From contig NW_005434665.1 in the NCBI RefSeq assembly GCF_000315625.1, positions 1,004,796 through 1,068,795 on the forward strand: a stretch of 64,000 bases of DNA. Direction: 5' to 3'. The stretch's first letter is position 1. Each line of letters begins with the position of its first letter. Below, one piece after another: positions 25,117 through 37,516 of this stretch. The stretch is from Guillardia theta CCMP2712. Lineage: Eukaryota; Protista; Cryptophyta. The position numbers and the translations under genes are program-made. Below the pieces are notes generated by a model. The model saw only the letters and a list, made by a program, of their open reading frames with translations, did not search any database and was not told the origin of the DNA.

Positions 25117-26213
25117 CCTGTCTTCCTTCGTTTAGCTGTTTGCAGTATACGGCGCCATCAAGGATGCGGCATGCTCTGCGCGATCCTGGAAAAAATGTTC
25201 AGTGTTGCAGTTACAAGTCGGTAGCGTTGAATTCAACCCTGCTAAACGAGGACGAACCCCTTCAAACAGAAACTGAATATACAAGCCAGCTGCATCTCGG
25301 AATATTCGTTTCAACTAATGGAAAGGAGGTTTAGCTTGTGCCCGATGGCAATTCTAGCTTGGATTGAATCCGTCTTTGACTAGTCTCACCATTAGCATCT
25401 GCTTCTTCTTTCTGCGAGAAGTTTACAACTACCTTCCCTACATACTCCTCATTCCTATGATCATCATAATCAAACGACCCCGTCTCTTCGCTTCTTCGCC
25501 TCGTTCTGCTATCTGGATCCTTGCCCGCGCTTCATCGCCAGTTCGTTTCGCATTTAGCCATTTTCAACCCCACCCTATCTCAATCTCATTGTCACCCCAC
25601 CCCATCGGATTTTCTACGATCTCACCCCCTCTTTTACCATCGACTACCCTACCTTTCCTAGGACCTTTCAAGACGCCGAGTCGTCACAACCCCTTCCTAC
25701 CCCCAGCTTACCCTACCCATCCCACAAGTCGTAAACTATGCAGTTAGATACCCCTACCCTACCTACAGAAGCGTGAGGCCAGATCTGTATCATGGCCATC
25801 TATCACCCCACCTTATCGCTTCAAAATCACCCCATTCTTCGAGCATTTCAGTTACACTACCCGTACTTCAATAGTTACCTTTTCCCACCACCCCTAGTTT
25901 TCTACCCACCCCTTTGCTGCATTTGGTCAGATTTTTCGCGTGACCCATCCGCTTTTGACCACCCCACCCCCTCTTCTTATACTTTATCACCGGTTGACAT
26001 CCTCGATAAAGTTACAAGACTACCCGTCACCTGCACCAAGATTTTCAAGGGACCCCACCCCCCTCTTGACTTCCTACTTACAACCATTTATAGAATCTGG
26101 ACAGCATGCCCTAGTAGTGTTCCAGAGGTGTTATAGATATAGATGAAAGTCCAGATCTAGATCAAATAAGGTTTGGAGGGAGGAGGGCACGTGCAAAAAT
26201 GGAGCATGAATGG

Positions 26214-26815
26214 AGGAGAGGGAGAGGGAGAGGGAGAGGGAGAGGGAGAGGGAGAGGGAGAGGGAGAGGGAGAGGGAGAGGGAGAGGGAGAGGGGAGAGG
26301 GAGAGGGAGAGGGAGAGGGAGAGGGAGGAGGGAGGAGGGAGGAGGGAGGAGGGAGGAGGGAGGAGGGAGGAGGGAGGAGGGAGGAGGGAGGAGGGAGGAG
26401 GGAGGAGGGAGGAGGGAGGAGGGAGGAGGGAGGAGGGAGGAGGGAGGAGGGAGGAGGGAGGANNNNNNNNNNNNNNNNNNNNNNNNNNNNNNNNNNNNNN
26501 NNNNNNNNNNNNNNNNNNNNNNNNNNNNNNNNNNNNNNNNNNNNNNNNNNNNNNNNNNNNNNATGTACATGCTGGAAGAGGCGGATGACAACGAAGATCG
26601 GATGAGAATGAGAGGGGCTAGTCGTGTACCTGGTTGGTTTACTGGCTGTATCAAAATTAGCTAATTGACTTTTTTGAGCCTGATCATGCGGAGTAGAGGG
26701 AGAGAGAGGGAGAGGGAGAGGGAGAGGGAGAGGGAGAGGGAGAGGGAGAGGGAGAGGGAGAGGGAGAGGGAGAGGGAGAGGGAGAGGGAGAGGGAGAGGG
26801 AGAGGGGAGAGGGAG
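26214..26815. repeat. (GAGAGG)n and (GGAGGAG)n homopurine arrays flanking an assembly gap (N 26463-26562)
   Basis: Directly visible. Confidence 0.95.
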
Positions 26816-26912
26816 GGATAAATGGAGAAGGAAAATTGTGAAAGGAAAAGGCTAGCCATTGGAGAGTGGTCGAGGTGACGCAAATTTGATGTGCAGGAAG
26901 GATCTTTCAGAT

Positions 26913-28561
26913 ATGGCAACCCGAAGAAATGTACGTCTGAGAAGGGAGTATCTCTATCGCAAGCAGGTGAAAAAATGGAACATCATACCTTCATTGTGTT
27001 GAAGACTATTGTAGCTTGAAACGAATGAACGAGTGATCTATGATAAGAAGAAAAAGCTAAAGCAGGTCAATCCGATTCATCTTTCTCTCCTTAGACTGAC
27101 GTGTAGTTAAGGCAATCGAGACGGGCAAACCCATTCCAACAGAATTACGAGCAGAGGTGAATGGATTATGACGCACAAGTTTTTTTGAAGATGTTTCTTG
27201 CACTCACTGTTGAAAGAATGGGCTGGTTGGTTACTGACCGTGCATTAGGAAGCTGAGCTGAGGCACCAGATAGAGCTCGACGATGAGCGCAGCGAGGTGC
27301 AGCCTTGTGATAGCCTCTAAGCTTCGATGCTGATGCTGGTGGTTAGATTCCCTGGGATCCCATGGATGACGAGTATGGTCGGGCGGGAGAGTTTGACCCG
27401 AGAGTGATGGTGAGGGCGGAAGGATAAACTTGAGGTGTCTGATGGCTACTTGTAGGTGTCAACTTCGCGCGATCCTAGCTCTAGACTTGTTCAGGTATGG
27501 TGCTTGAATTGTTTTGGACCAGAGGTTTACAAAAGTGTCAAGTTTGCCAAGGAAGTCTGTTTGTTGTTTCCGAACTCACAAAGAATCAATCGTGGAAATT
27601 ATACAACCAAAGAGGTGGATAGCGTTCTGAAGTTCTGTTTAAGCGTGATGTCGTTTCGGACAGATTGTAGATGCGTGCAGGAAGAACGAAGTCACAGACT
27701 TGGTGCTGGTTCACGAACATCGAGGAGAGCCCGACGGTTTGGTGAGAAGGGAGGAGGCGAGTGTGAAAGGCGTGAATGAAGGCAGGTAATCACTCACATG
27801 CCACATGGCCCGACGGCATTCTTCGGTCTTATGAATGTGGTAACGAGACATGACGTGAAGATCAAGGAAACTATCTCAGAGGTCTGATTCTCATCCCCCT
27901 TCTTCTAAGCTATCTGATGGGTCCCACGACTTTTGTGCCGCACCCGATGTCTTGTGTCTGTCGGGGAAGCTTTGGTTGATTTCTATACACAAGTCGTCAG
28001 ACTCGGAAAAGATCAAACGGCTGTTTGGCTGACGTCTTGCACTCTACAGGCTTATCCCCATCTCATCTTTGACAACTTCACTACAAAACTTGGTCTCAGG
28101 ACCCAGGTAGGCCTCGTTGCCCTGTTTCTCGGCGAAACCGTAACTTGGTCTTTCAGAACATCCTGAAGCATCTCTTTCCCGTGCCAAAGGATGAGAACAA
28201 ACGAGTGGTAACCTTTGCAAACCGTAACGGTGAGACATTCGAAGTGCCGATCATCATCTATTCTGATGTAAGGACAAGATTTCATCTCTTTCCGGCATCA
28301 CATGTACGAGAAGACAAGTCACAAGGAGGTGAGCCCGAAGAGTCTCGGCTAGTGTTGATGAACCGAGCAGGTCGAGTTGAAGGAGCTCGGGCCGAGGTTT
28401 GAGATGAGGTTGTTTCAGATCCGGTTAGGGACGTTGGAACAGGTTCGACCCTCCTGCCGCTCTCATGGCATCCTCTCACCATCTGTTCGCAGACGGAAGC
28501 ACAGAACGAGTACGTTTACCGGCCATATCTATCCAACTCCAAGACAAAGAACCTGCTGTAA
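26913..28561 (+). CDS. IMP4: U3 snoRNP protein IMP4 (Brix domain)
   Basis: [93 protein letters not shown]. Confidence 0.95.
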
Positions 28562-28582
28562 GATGACACGAGGCCAAGGGCG

Positions 28583-29302
28583 TCACTCTTCAGATGCAAT
28601 GTCGGATTTAGACGGAGCATTCTCCTCCACAAATTGCTTTGAAAAAACCAATTGTCAGTATAAATGAATGCATTGAATACCTGAACATGTAGCAAACGTT
28701 TTACCCTCAGAGCGTAAGTGTTCACTCCTTCTATTGTCGTGAGCTGTTTCTTGATCAGTCAAAAGCTTCCCAAAGCATGTCAATCGTCACCTTCTGTCCT
28801 TTCCTAAACATCATGAAGAGAGGTTTTGATCGTTCCTTAAATTCCTTACAACCCAGTCAGCCTTGTCGAGGATGTTCACACAATCACAACTTGTAAAGCT
28901 TGGATGTTGTCCGAATTCGCCACGACAAACTGAACAGCTGCACTGCAGACTCCAGATGAGCTAAAAGCACTTAATTCTCACTCCCTTACTACCTCTTCTC
29001 CTCCACCATGTCCCAATGCAGTTTCTTGAGCGTTGGAATCTTCACTTCGACATCAACTCAATGCACACAGCATCTCGTTCACTCACAGCTGCTGTGCACG
29101 GCCCACACCACCCTGCGTGAACTTCTAGACCTGGTGCACCTATGAGATAGCAATGGTAGATATCGTCTCACGCACAAGTCAACCCCTTGTACGAGATGGC
29201 GTCGTTGTACTCTTTGTCAGATTCAATCTACAGAGTGTTATGATCGCCAGCAACACTTGCTTCCAATACCTGTATGTGAAGTTCTTCCCAGGGTTTCGCC
29301 AT
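28583..29302 (-). CDS. Thioredoxin-fold protein resembling axonemal outer-arm dynein thioredoxin light chains
   Basis: Micro-exons join to MAKPWEELHIQIESDKEYNDAISYKGLTCLEVHAGWCGPCTAAIPTLKKLHWDMVEEKSAAVQFVVANSDNIQALQEFKERSKPLFMMFRKGQKLTTIEGVNTYALRQFVEENAPSKSDIASEE*; all GT-AG introns; not in the ORF track. Confidence 0.85.
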
Positions 29303-29751
29303 AGATTCCAGCCAACTTTATCTTTCTGTGCGGTATATCTCAGTCAAGTTGCGGTCGCTGTTCAACGAGTGCACAAGATCCTCTGTGATTCCATGCTATA
29401 GATATGCTCGCTCAATCCTGCAATCTTCTCCCTTGCGAATTCATCCGCTCACGGGTACCCGACCTCCTCTCGTTTCACACCGTTCCCCCGTTCTATTCGT
29501 TGAATGCTCTTCGTTCCTCTCCCTCCCCTCCTCTTTCTCTCCCTTCCTTCCTCCCACCATCTCTATACCCTCTTCTGCATGCTACACCTCCTCGCTCTTT
29601 CATTTGTTCCCTTCTGCCCTCGCCCGCTCCGTCCCGCATAGCCGTTGGTTATTGCCTCAACGGTTACACCCTCTATACAGAACCGTTATTCAATTCGTTA
29701 CAATCGCGCAAAGCTACCTAGTAACGCTTTGTAACTGCTTTTGCATGCGTC

Positions 29752-31745
29752 ATGCCCACAGTGACGGTAGGACGAGATGCGCTCATGGCTGCGCTGGGGG
29801 AGACGTACGACGACAAGAGGTTCGAGGACCTCTGCTTCGAGTTCGGGGTCGAGCTCGACGACATCACCTCTGAAGCCGTGGTGATGAGGAAGGAGAAGAC
29901 CAGCGAGAAGGTTGAGACTGATGCTACTGAGGTAGTTTACAAGATCGACATCAGCGCGAACAGATACGACCTGCTCTGCCTCGAAGGACTTTCTCTTGCT
30001 CTCAATGTCTTCCGTAAGAAGATCGAGACCCCCAACTTCAGGAGCATCCGACCGCCGCCGGGTCAAGAGCACGTCATCCGTGTCTCTCCACAAACAGCCC
30101 AGATTCGTCCGTACGTTGTTGGTTGTGTGCTGCGAGGGCTCAAGTTCGACTCGAGGAGGTACAACTCCTTCATCGACCTGCAGGACAAGCTCCACGAGAA
30201 CATCTGCAGGAGGAGAACTCTTGTCGCCATCGGCACCCACGACCTCGATACCATCACTGGGCCCTTCACTTACGAGGCACTACCTCCGACCGACATCGTT
30301 TTCGCTCCCCTGAACCAGGAGAAGACGATGAACGGAGCTGAGCTGATGGAGTTCTATGAGAAGGACCAGAAGCTCAAGGCCTACCTGCACATCATCAGGA
30401 ACTCTCCCGTGTACCCAGTCATCTACGATAGCAAGCGCACTGTCCTCTCGCTCCCTCCTATCATCAACGGAGACCATTCCAAGATCAGCATGGAGACGAA
30501 GAACGTCTTCATTGAATGCACAGCGACAGATCCGATGCGTGCCAAGATCGTGCTGGATACCATGGTGTCCATGTTCTCCGGCTACTGCGAGGAACCGTTC
30601 TCCTGCGAAGACGTGAAAGTGATCTACCCCGATGTAAGCGCGCTGCATTCTGCATGCTGCTTCCCTTGCTCACATTCTCTCGCAAGGGCAAGGAGCACTG
30701 GTACCCAGACTTGAAGCCTCATGTCGTGTCAGCGGGAGTAGACTACATCAACAGGATCGGTGAACCCATTGCGACTTTGTGCTTCACAAGCTTACAGTTG
30801 TTTGCAGTTGGTGTGGAACTTTCAGCAGAGAAGCAGATTGAGCTCCTTGGGCGCATGCAGATCAAGGTGCGTCAGTGAAGTATGCGCTCGTTGTGGATGA
30901 CATGACGGAAGGCTGAGCTGGACAAGAGCTCGAACGTTCTCAACTGCATCATCCCTCCTACTCGTCACGACGTCCTTCAGGTGCGAGGGTTTGACAAGCT
31001 CTTGCGGGTTTGACACGTCTGACCTGCAGGCCTGTGACATCGCCGAAGATGTCGCGATCGCCTACGGCTACAACAACGTCCCCAGAAGAATACCTCCTAC
31101 AAACACTGTGAGACTTCTCCAGCTCACTTTCTACCCTCCTCCTTCCCCCCTGCCCTCCGTCTCTCACCATAAGCAATAGGTGGGAAAGCAGCAGCCCATG
31201 AACAAGCTGTCCGATCTTCTACGAGGAGAGATCGCACAGGTGATATTCCTGCGAAGGAGGAGGAGGAGGAGGAGACGGTGGTGGTGGTGGTAAGATAAGA
31301 GGAGGAGAAGACAAGGAGGGAGGTGGAGGAGGTCGGGTGAAGGTTGTTGGAGGAGGCTGCCTCTGAGTTGCTGACAGGCTGGCTTCACGGAGATCCTGAC
31401 GTTCGGCCTCTGCTCGCACGCGGAGGCGTTTGAGAAGCTGAATCGACCTGACGGTGGCGTTGGTTGAGGGTTTCCAAGTCTCTGAAGGTTCGACTGCAGA
31501 CGGCAAGACAGCCGTGGTGCTCGCCAACCCCAAGACCCTCGAGTTTGAGATCTGCAGACCGTCGCTGCTTCCTGGTAGACAGTCGAGCGTGAAAGGGGGA
31601 GGGAGGGAGGGAGGGGAGGGAGGGAGTCAGCTGGAACGAGCGGATATCATTTTCTTGCTAACAAGCTGCTTACAGGAACCTTGAAAACTTTGTCGAACGG
31701 CCAGAAGATGCCGAAGCCGATCAAGTTGTTTGAAAGTAGGGAGCG

Positions 31746-31776
<31 letters not shown>

Positions 31777-32438
31777 ATGCTGATGTTTTTGTGCTGCAGT
31801 CACAGACGTTGTTCTCAAGGACGACTCGAGGTAAATTTCGAATCGCCGAGTCATTTCATGATCCTTGTTCTCGCAGCGACGTCGGAGCGATCAACCGACG
31901 ACACCTTAGCGCGATCTATGGCGGCATGACGTCCGGTTTCGAGGTGCGAGGGGAGGGAGATGGGCAGGAGGAGAAGACGAAGAGAAGATGAAGACGGGGA
32001 GGAAAGGAGTGGAAGGAGAATGAGACGTGGAGCAGGTCATCGTCGGACTCTTGGACCACGTCATGATCCTCCTAGACATTCCCCGTGACAAGGAGAAGGG
32101 ATACGCTGTCGTAGAAGCCAGTGATGGTACGACTTGAGAGAATGATTGGGAGGAGGGAAACGAGAGTGAAGGGACAGGAGGGGCAGCGAGAGAGTTGAGC
32201 AGGAGCAAGAGAAGTGAAAGTCTGATGAAGCTGCAGGCGCTTTCTTTGAGGGGAGATGTGCCAACATTCTGCTGAGAGGAGAAGTCGTGGGAGTCTTGGG
32301 CATGTTGCATCCCAACACCCTTCAGGAGGTCGCCCAGCTGCTGTGCTCCTCTGCATGCTGACTCGTCGTTATCAGTTTGAAATTCCGTTCCCCGCATCGG
32401 CGATCGAGTTGAGAATGGACAAGCTGATCGAGTTCTAG
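29752..32438 (+). CDS. FARSB: Phenylalanine--tRNA ligase beta subunit, cytosolic
   Basis: MPTVTVGRD...FEDLCFEFGVELD, ANRYDLLCLEGL, YNSFIDLQDKLHENICRRRTLVAIGTHDLD, LSLPPIINGDHSKI, CDIAEDVAIAYGYNN, NPKTLEF, GMLHP. Confidence 0.97.
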
Positions 32439-32614
32439 AAGCCTTGAGGTTCTCTAGCCAGTGAAGGATGTCTTGACAAGAGCCAACCTCTGCAGCTCTT
32501 TGTACTCGGTTGCTGTCTTGCCGTCACACCTCTTTCTCCTCCTCCTCCTCCTCCTCCTAGTCGTCGTCGTCCACCGTCACCACCACCACCACCACCACCT
32601 CCTCCTCCTCTCTG

Positions 32615-35590
32615 TCACTCGTAAGCTCGCATTTCCATCTTGGAAGGAAGGTAGCGGTTGAGTCCTTCCCGTAGTCGCTCGGGTCGCGTCTCGTTGGCCC
32701 ACGGCTCCCCGTAGACAACATTCCCCTTGAGGATCATAGTCGTTCCTATCGCCCGCGTGTCCGGCTCCTGCTTCATCGTCATCTTATCCTGCTCCTCCTC
32801 ATCCTTCCCCACCTTGTCGACGCCCCACATCACACTCTCTACATCCTCATCGAACGATTCCTGCACATGTCTTCAACCTCAGCCTCTCCTCGCAGCTTGT
32901 CACCTCCTCGTTCTCTTCCTCGTCCTCCGGTTGCAACTTCTTCTGATTCTCCAGCTCCTCTCGCATGTTTTCAAAGCAGTACGGGGACTTGGGATACGCA
33001 GCAAAGGCAGCAGCTGCATTAAGTGATGGGGCAGTCAGAGGGCAAAAGGGCACAAGTCAGGAAGCATGAAAACGCAGGAGGGAGGAGGGAGGAGAGGCGG
33101 GGAGCAGGTGGAAGGGGTAACAAGTTGCACCTTTGTTCAAGTCAAACATGGAAAAGTTTGCTTCTACTCTTGCTTGTCCTCCAATCGAGAGAGCACAATG
33201 CCTTATGCTTCTGAAAGTGCTGGGGAGTTTGTCAGAGACGGAAAGAGCAGAAGAAAAGGGAGGAGGAAGGAAGGGAGGAGAGAGGAGCAAAGGTCGATAA
33301 AACTCGAGCGCGAACCTTCCGTTGATTCGAAGGTTCGCATGATCGAGAGCTCTCACCCCGCAGCCTCTCAACATACCTGTCTGTTCGATGCAGCAACTAC
33401 CAACCTCCGATCAGATAGAAGAAAGGAGAATGATGTACCGTACTTGTTCATGTTGGCAGAAGAATTCTGGATCAGCACAACTCCCTCGGCGCAATGGATC
33501 TTGGGGATCTGCGCTGTCTTGTACCTTGCGGTGAGGAGGCATTTGTAGTCTGCTGCCACCTTGCTGGATGTTGAGGACCGAACTCAGAAATGGAACTAGA
33601 GGAGAGAGAAGGGGGGAAGGGAAGAGAGAAGGGGAAGGGAAAGAAGAAGGGGATGGGGAGGGGGGAGGGGGAGGGGAGAAGTCCACCTGCCGAAACCTCC
33701 TATCCCACACCGGTTCAAGGTAACTCTGGAGCTGACTTCACAGACCACACAGCGACCTCCTCCGCATCGAATCGCGCAGACTGAAAACTTCCACGGCCCG
33801 CCAAGGATGCGGATGCTGCGCAGACGAGTCACGGCATGGAGTTGGAAGTCACTCGACCCACCATTGATCTGCTCCATCGCGAAACCCGTGGTAGTAGGTG
33901 ACCTGCGCGGCTGTCAGTGGAGTGGAAGGGGGACAATGAGACAGGTACAAGCATGTCTTCGAAGGATCCCCTCGATCTCAGGCCTAAGATCCACTGTCCG
34001 CACATCTTAGAGTTCGGGTTGCAAGGCCTTACTGGAAACTTGGAAGCTGCATCATCATCGATTACGACGAGGCGAGAGAGAGAGGAAGGGAAGGAGAGGA
34101 GGGAAAGGAGGATGAGGGAGGGGAGGGAGGGGAGGGAGGGAAGGAGGGAGAGGAGGAGGAGGAANNNNNNNNNNNNNNNNNNNNNNNNNNNNNNNNNNNN
34201 NNNNNNNNNNNNNNNNNNNNNNNNNNNNNNNNNNNNNNNNNNNNNNNNNNNNNNNNNNNNNNNNGAGGGAGAGGAGGGAGGGAGGGAGGGAGGGAGGGAG
34301 GGAGGGAGGGAGGGGAGGAAGGGAGGGAGGGAGGGAGGGAGGGAGGGAGGGAGGGGAGGGGAGGGGAGGGCGGATAGAGAGTAGAAGCAAGGACCGTTCA
34401 CGTTCGATGCTCCTTTGAGCAACAACCGATTGTTGACGTACAAGAACCTCGACATGTCAATCTCTTTGACTCCAGGGTTTATTTCGACGCCCCTTCCTGA
34501 CAGAGGATCCGCCTACAATCTCCATCAATGATCCAATGCTCACAGACATCAACACATCACGATCTCCGTCTTCTTGACTTTGTCAAACTCCACATACGTT
34601 GCAATCGGTGGCACGAAGAGAAATTTGTCCTTCATCTCCTCATCTATGGGCTCATAATCCCTGAAAGATCTCAGTGAAGAGAATTCTTGATGCACCACAG
34701 ACATACCAGTCCAAGAGGGCCTTCACTCTACGAGACTCTATATCTTGATTCAGTTCTCTGTTGGACGGTCTCACTCTGTCCCATGCGTATCTTCCGGCCT
34801 TGACAAACAGCTTTTGTGGCTTGAGGCGGCTGAAACGATGAATATGACAATGAAATACTTGAAAACAGTCGTATCATCACCAGAACACTTCATGGATCGT
34901 CGAATTGCCGTCAGGGAAAACGGTATGATCCGACAACGCGGTATCAGGAGCTGTAGCACCCTCACGAGACTTGAAAACAGCTTTTGGCATTTTTTCATTC
35001 TGTTTTGGGAACTTCCAGTCCTCATCCTTCAAGTCGTCAAGGTTGTCTTCTTCGATCTCCCCCTCGACTTCTTTCGCAGCCTGCAGCATATCGTTGTAAT
35101 CGATGATCATCTGATCCCCACTAGCCGAATCATCCATGATATTGCCCATGACATCAACTTCATCCTATTAGCAGTGTCAGAAACCTTGAAGGAGCTTTCA
35201 AGGCCAACACACCTTCAGCATCTTCTTCGCGGCTTCCATTCGCTTCATTCGCAAGCTTTGGGCTGGAGTGATCAGGTCCTTCTTGTCTTTCTCGACCGGG
35301 TCAATCAGTTCCCAGCCGTCTCCCTCGAAGGTCAGAGTGCGATTCTTGAAGACGATACTCTTGTTTGACAACTTGGTGATCCAGTTCAGATGGGTCACCC
35401 GATACTTTTTGTTCAATTTCTTCTTCCCCCCTCCACGCAGGCTCTGCAATGGCAACCATATAATACCCTTTGAGCGTCTGACCAACAAAGTGAAGCCCTG
35501 GCCAAGGTTCTCATCGTAGTAGCCAAGATTGAAATTGATTGAAACAGAAAGAAATACAAGAAGAATCCAAGGAGGAGGGTTGCCTACCAT
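32615..35590 (-). CDS. Hypothetical multi-exon protein with signal peptide, LRGG motif and possible beta-helix C-terminal region
   Basis: Chain of minus-strand exons from MVGNPPPWILLVFLSVS...LQSLRGGG to ...ILKGNVVYGEPWANETRP; alternating hydrophobic/Cys/Gly strands (LGGPWKFSVCAIRC, VTLNRCGIGG); spans the gap at ~34165-34263. Confidence 0.55.
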
Positions 35591-36413
35591 GTTGCTTCTT
35601 CCCCTCTAGGGATCGGTCAAAGGAAACTTCATATGATTATCACCCGCCACGCCTCTACTGTTCTTCATGTACATCTGTTCCTCTGATCCTGTTTGGTCTC
35701 TGTTCTAACATGATCATGCTTGTTGTCTGCTCTTCTCAACATGCTCCTTCTCCTCGCCTTCGCGCTTCTTTGTCGGCACGTGATCTCCTCAACCGCATCA
35801 ATCCAGCGGTCGCATGGTGGAACCGTTACAGTTCTCGTTATATAACAACTGTGTTGTACCGTTACTCATTCACCTATCATGAAGGTAACGGAATTCTAAC
35901 GGTGAGGAGCGGACCTCTCGAGTCGGGGATTCCGTTTGACCACTCGGACCCATCACCCCCCCCCACTTCCAGGAATTACGTCTGTTGTTGTGTGGTACCC
36001 CCTCCAGACCGCGTCCAACCACCCCCTATTCCCCTTCCTCTCTCGTTTACACCCGGGCCCCTCCTCAGCTTACCCTTTCCTCCCCTTTTCGTATATCGCA
36101 CCACCCCTGCTGATAAGCCCCTCCACCCCCACCCCTTCCTCGTAACATGTCACACGACCTTGCAAAGATGCTAACTCATAACACCGAAGGAACCCACCAC
36201 CCCTGTCGATTCTGCCACCCTGGCAAGGTCGCCATCACCCCCTTTTGAATGACCCCCTCTTTTCCAGACCCCCTTTTTATTATCTGCAGACCCCTCCATC
36301 TCTCAGTGCCGGCTCACCTGAAAGCTACCTTCTCTCCAGTTCACCCCACCCCTCCTGTGCTCACCCTCCTCTTCCTCGCCCCCATCTGGTGCCTTGCAAC
36401 CATTCCCCCTAGC

Positions 36414-37276
36414 ATGTTGAACGAGGCGAGCGGCTTCCAAGGGAGCATGTGCAGCCCCAACGAGACCATGGACCTCCATGCGCAGTACGACGTCAGTTCC
36501 TTCATCGTGGATGTAGGAACAGCAGACGGCATGAATGACAGCGCAGGCAATTTCCAAGCGCGGAACCATTTTGGAGCTGGAGATTTGAACGAAGAGGAAA
36601 TGGCCGCAAGGGTACTGGCATGCAAGGGCAGAGATGTTCCTCTTGGCGAGATGGAGAAGGTGAAGGCATTGTTCTTGAAGCGATGATCCACTGTCTCTGA
36701 TCTGTCTCCTAGATGCTCCCAAGTGCGAATGTGCAGAGAGTGATGCGTGAAGTAATTCCTGTAAATGGCAAGATAGCGCAGGATGCCAAGGATTTCGTTC
36801 AGATCTGTGTTTCAGAGTGAGCTCCCTTGTGATGGTGTTCCACTGCTCTGCTGATTCTGCGGTAGATTTATCACGCAAGTGACCGCCGAGGCTCATGAGA
36901 AGTGCAAGCGAGAAGACAGGAAGGCGATCACAGGGGACGATATCTTGTGGTCGATCAACCAACTAGGTACATCTCATGACGATCTCATCTTGAGCGAGCA
37001 TGATCGTATCTCTCCAGGTTTCATGCACTATACTAAAGTTGTTCGATGCTTCTTGCAAAGGTAGATCCATCTTGTTTGCGTGTCTCTTAACATGTTGTCA
37101 TCAGACTCCGAGCGATCGATGCGAATGATAGGATTGCAAGGAGGCAGTATGAAGAGCGGTTATGGCAGAATGAAGGTGCTCATTCAGATATGAGTTTATG
37201 ACGCCACAACCTCTCTGATATCTCAAGCAGATCCAAAAACGAAGTCCAAGACTCAAAGATTGCTGTCGACGTCTAA
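36414..37276 (+). CDS. NFYB: NF-YB/HAP3 histone-fold transcription factor subunit
   Basis: [35 protein letters not shown]|[35 protein letters not shown]; 3' end approximate. Confidence 0.9.
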
Positions 37277-37516
37277 CTCTCATCCTTTATCCGATGCCAA
37301 CAAAACTTTCATGGCTGCAGAAGCTAAGGCCAAGAGAGTGCTGGAGCTTGACGACATTCCTGGCGAAAGAAAACTTTGCAAAAAAAGGCACCAGATTTGA
37401 AGCTGTGCTAGGCTATTTTGTTACATTATTGGATCAGAAAACCAGATTGAGTGGATCGAGTGAAATTAAGAGTGTGCAACATTAAAAATTAATTGCTTGA
37501 GACAATGCAAATGGAA

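Noticed and set aside
25364-26146. Pro/Leu/Phe-rich ORFs (similar ones at 35539-36174)
   Set aside because: Products of C-rich non-coding skew; no recognisable domain.
26131-26919. ORFs of poly-LP/GE/ER/REEGGG
   Set aside because: Translations of microsatellites spanning an N gap.
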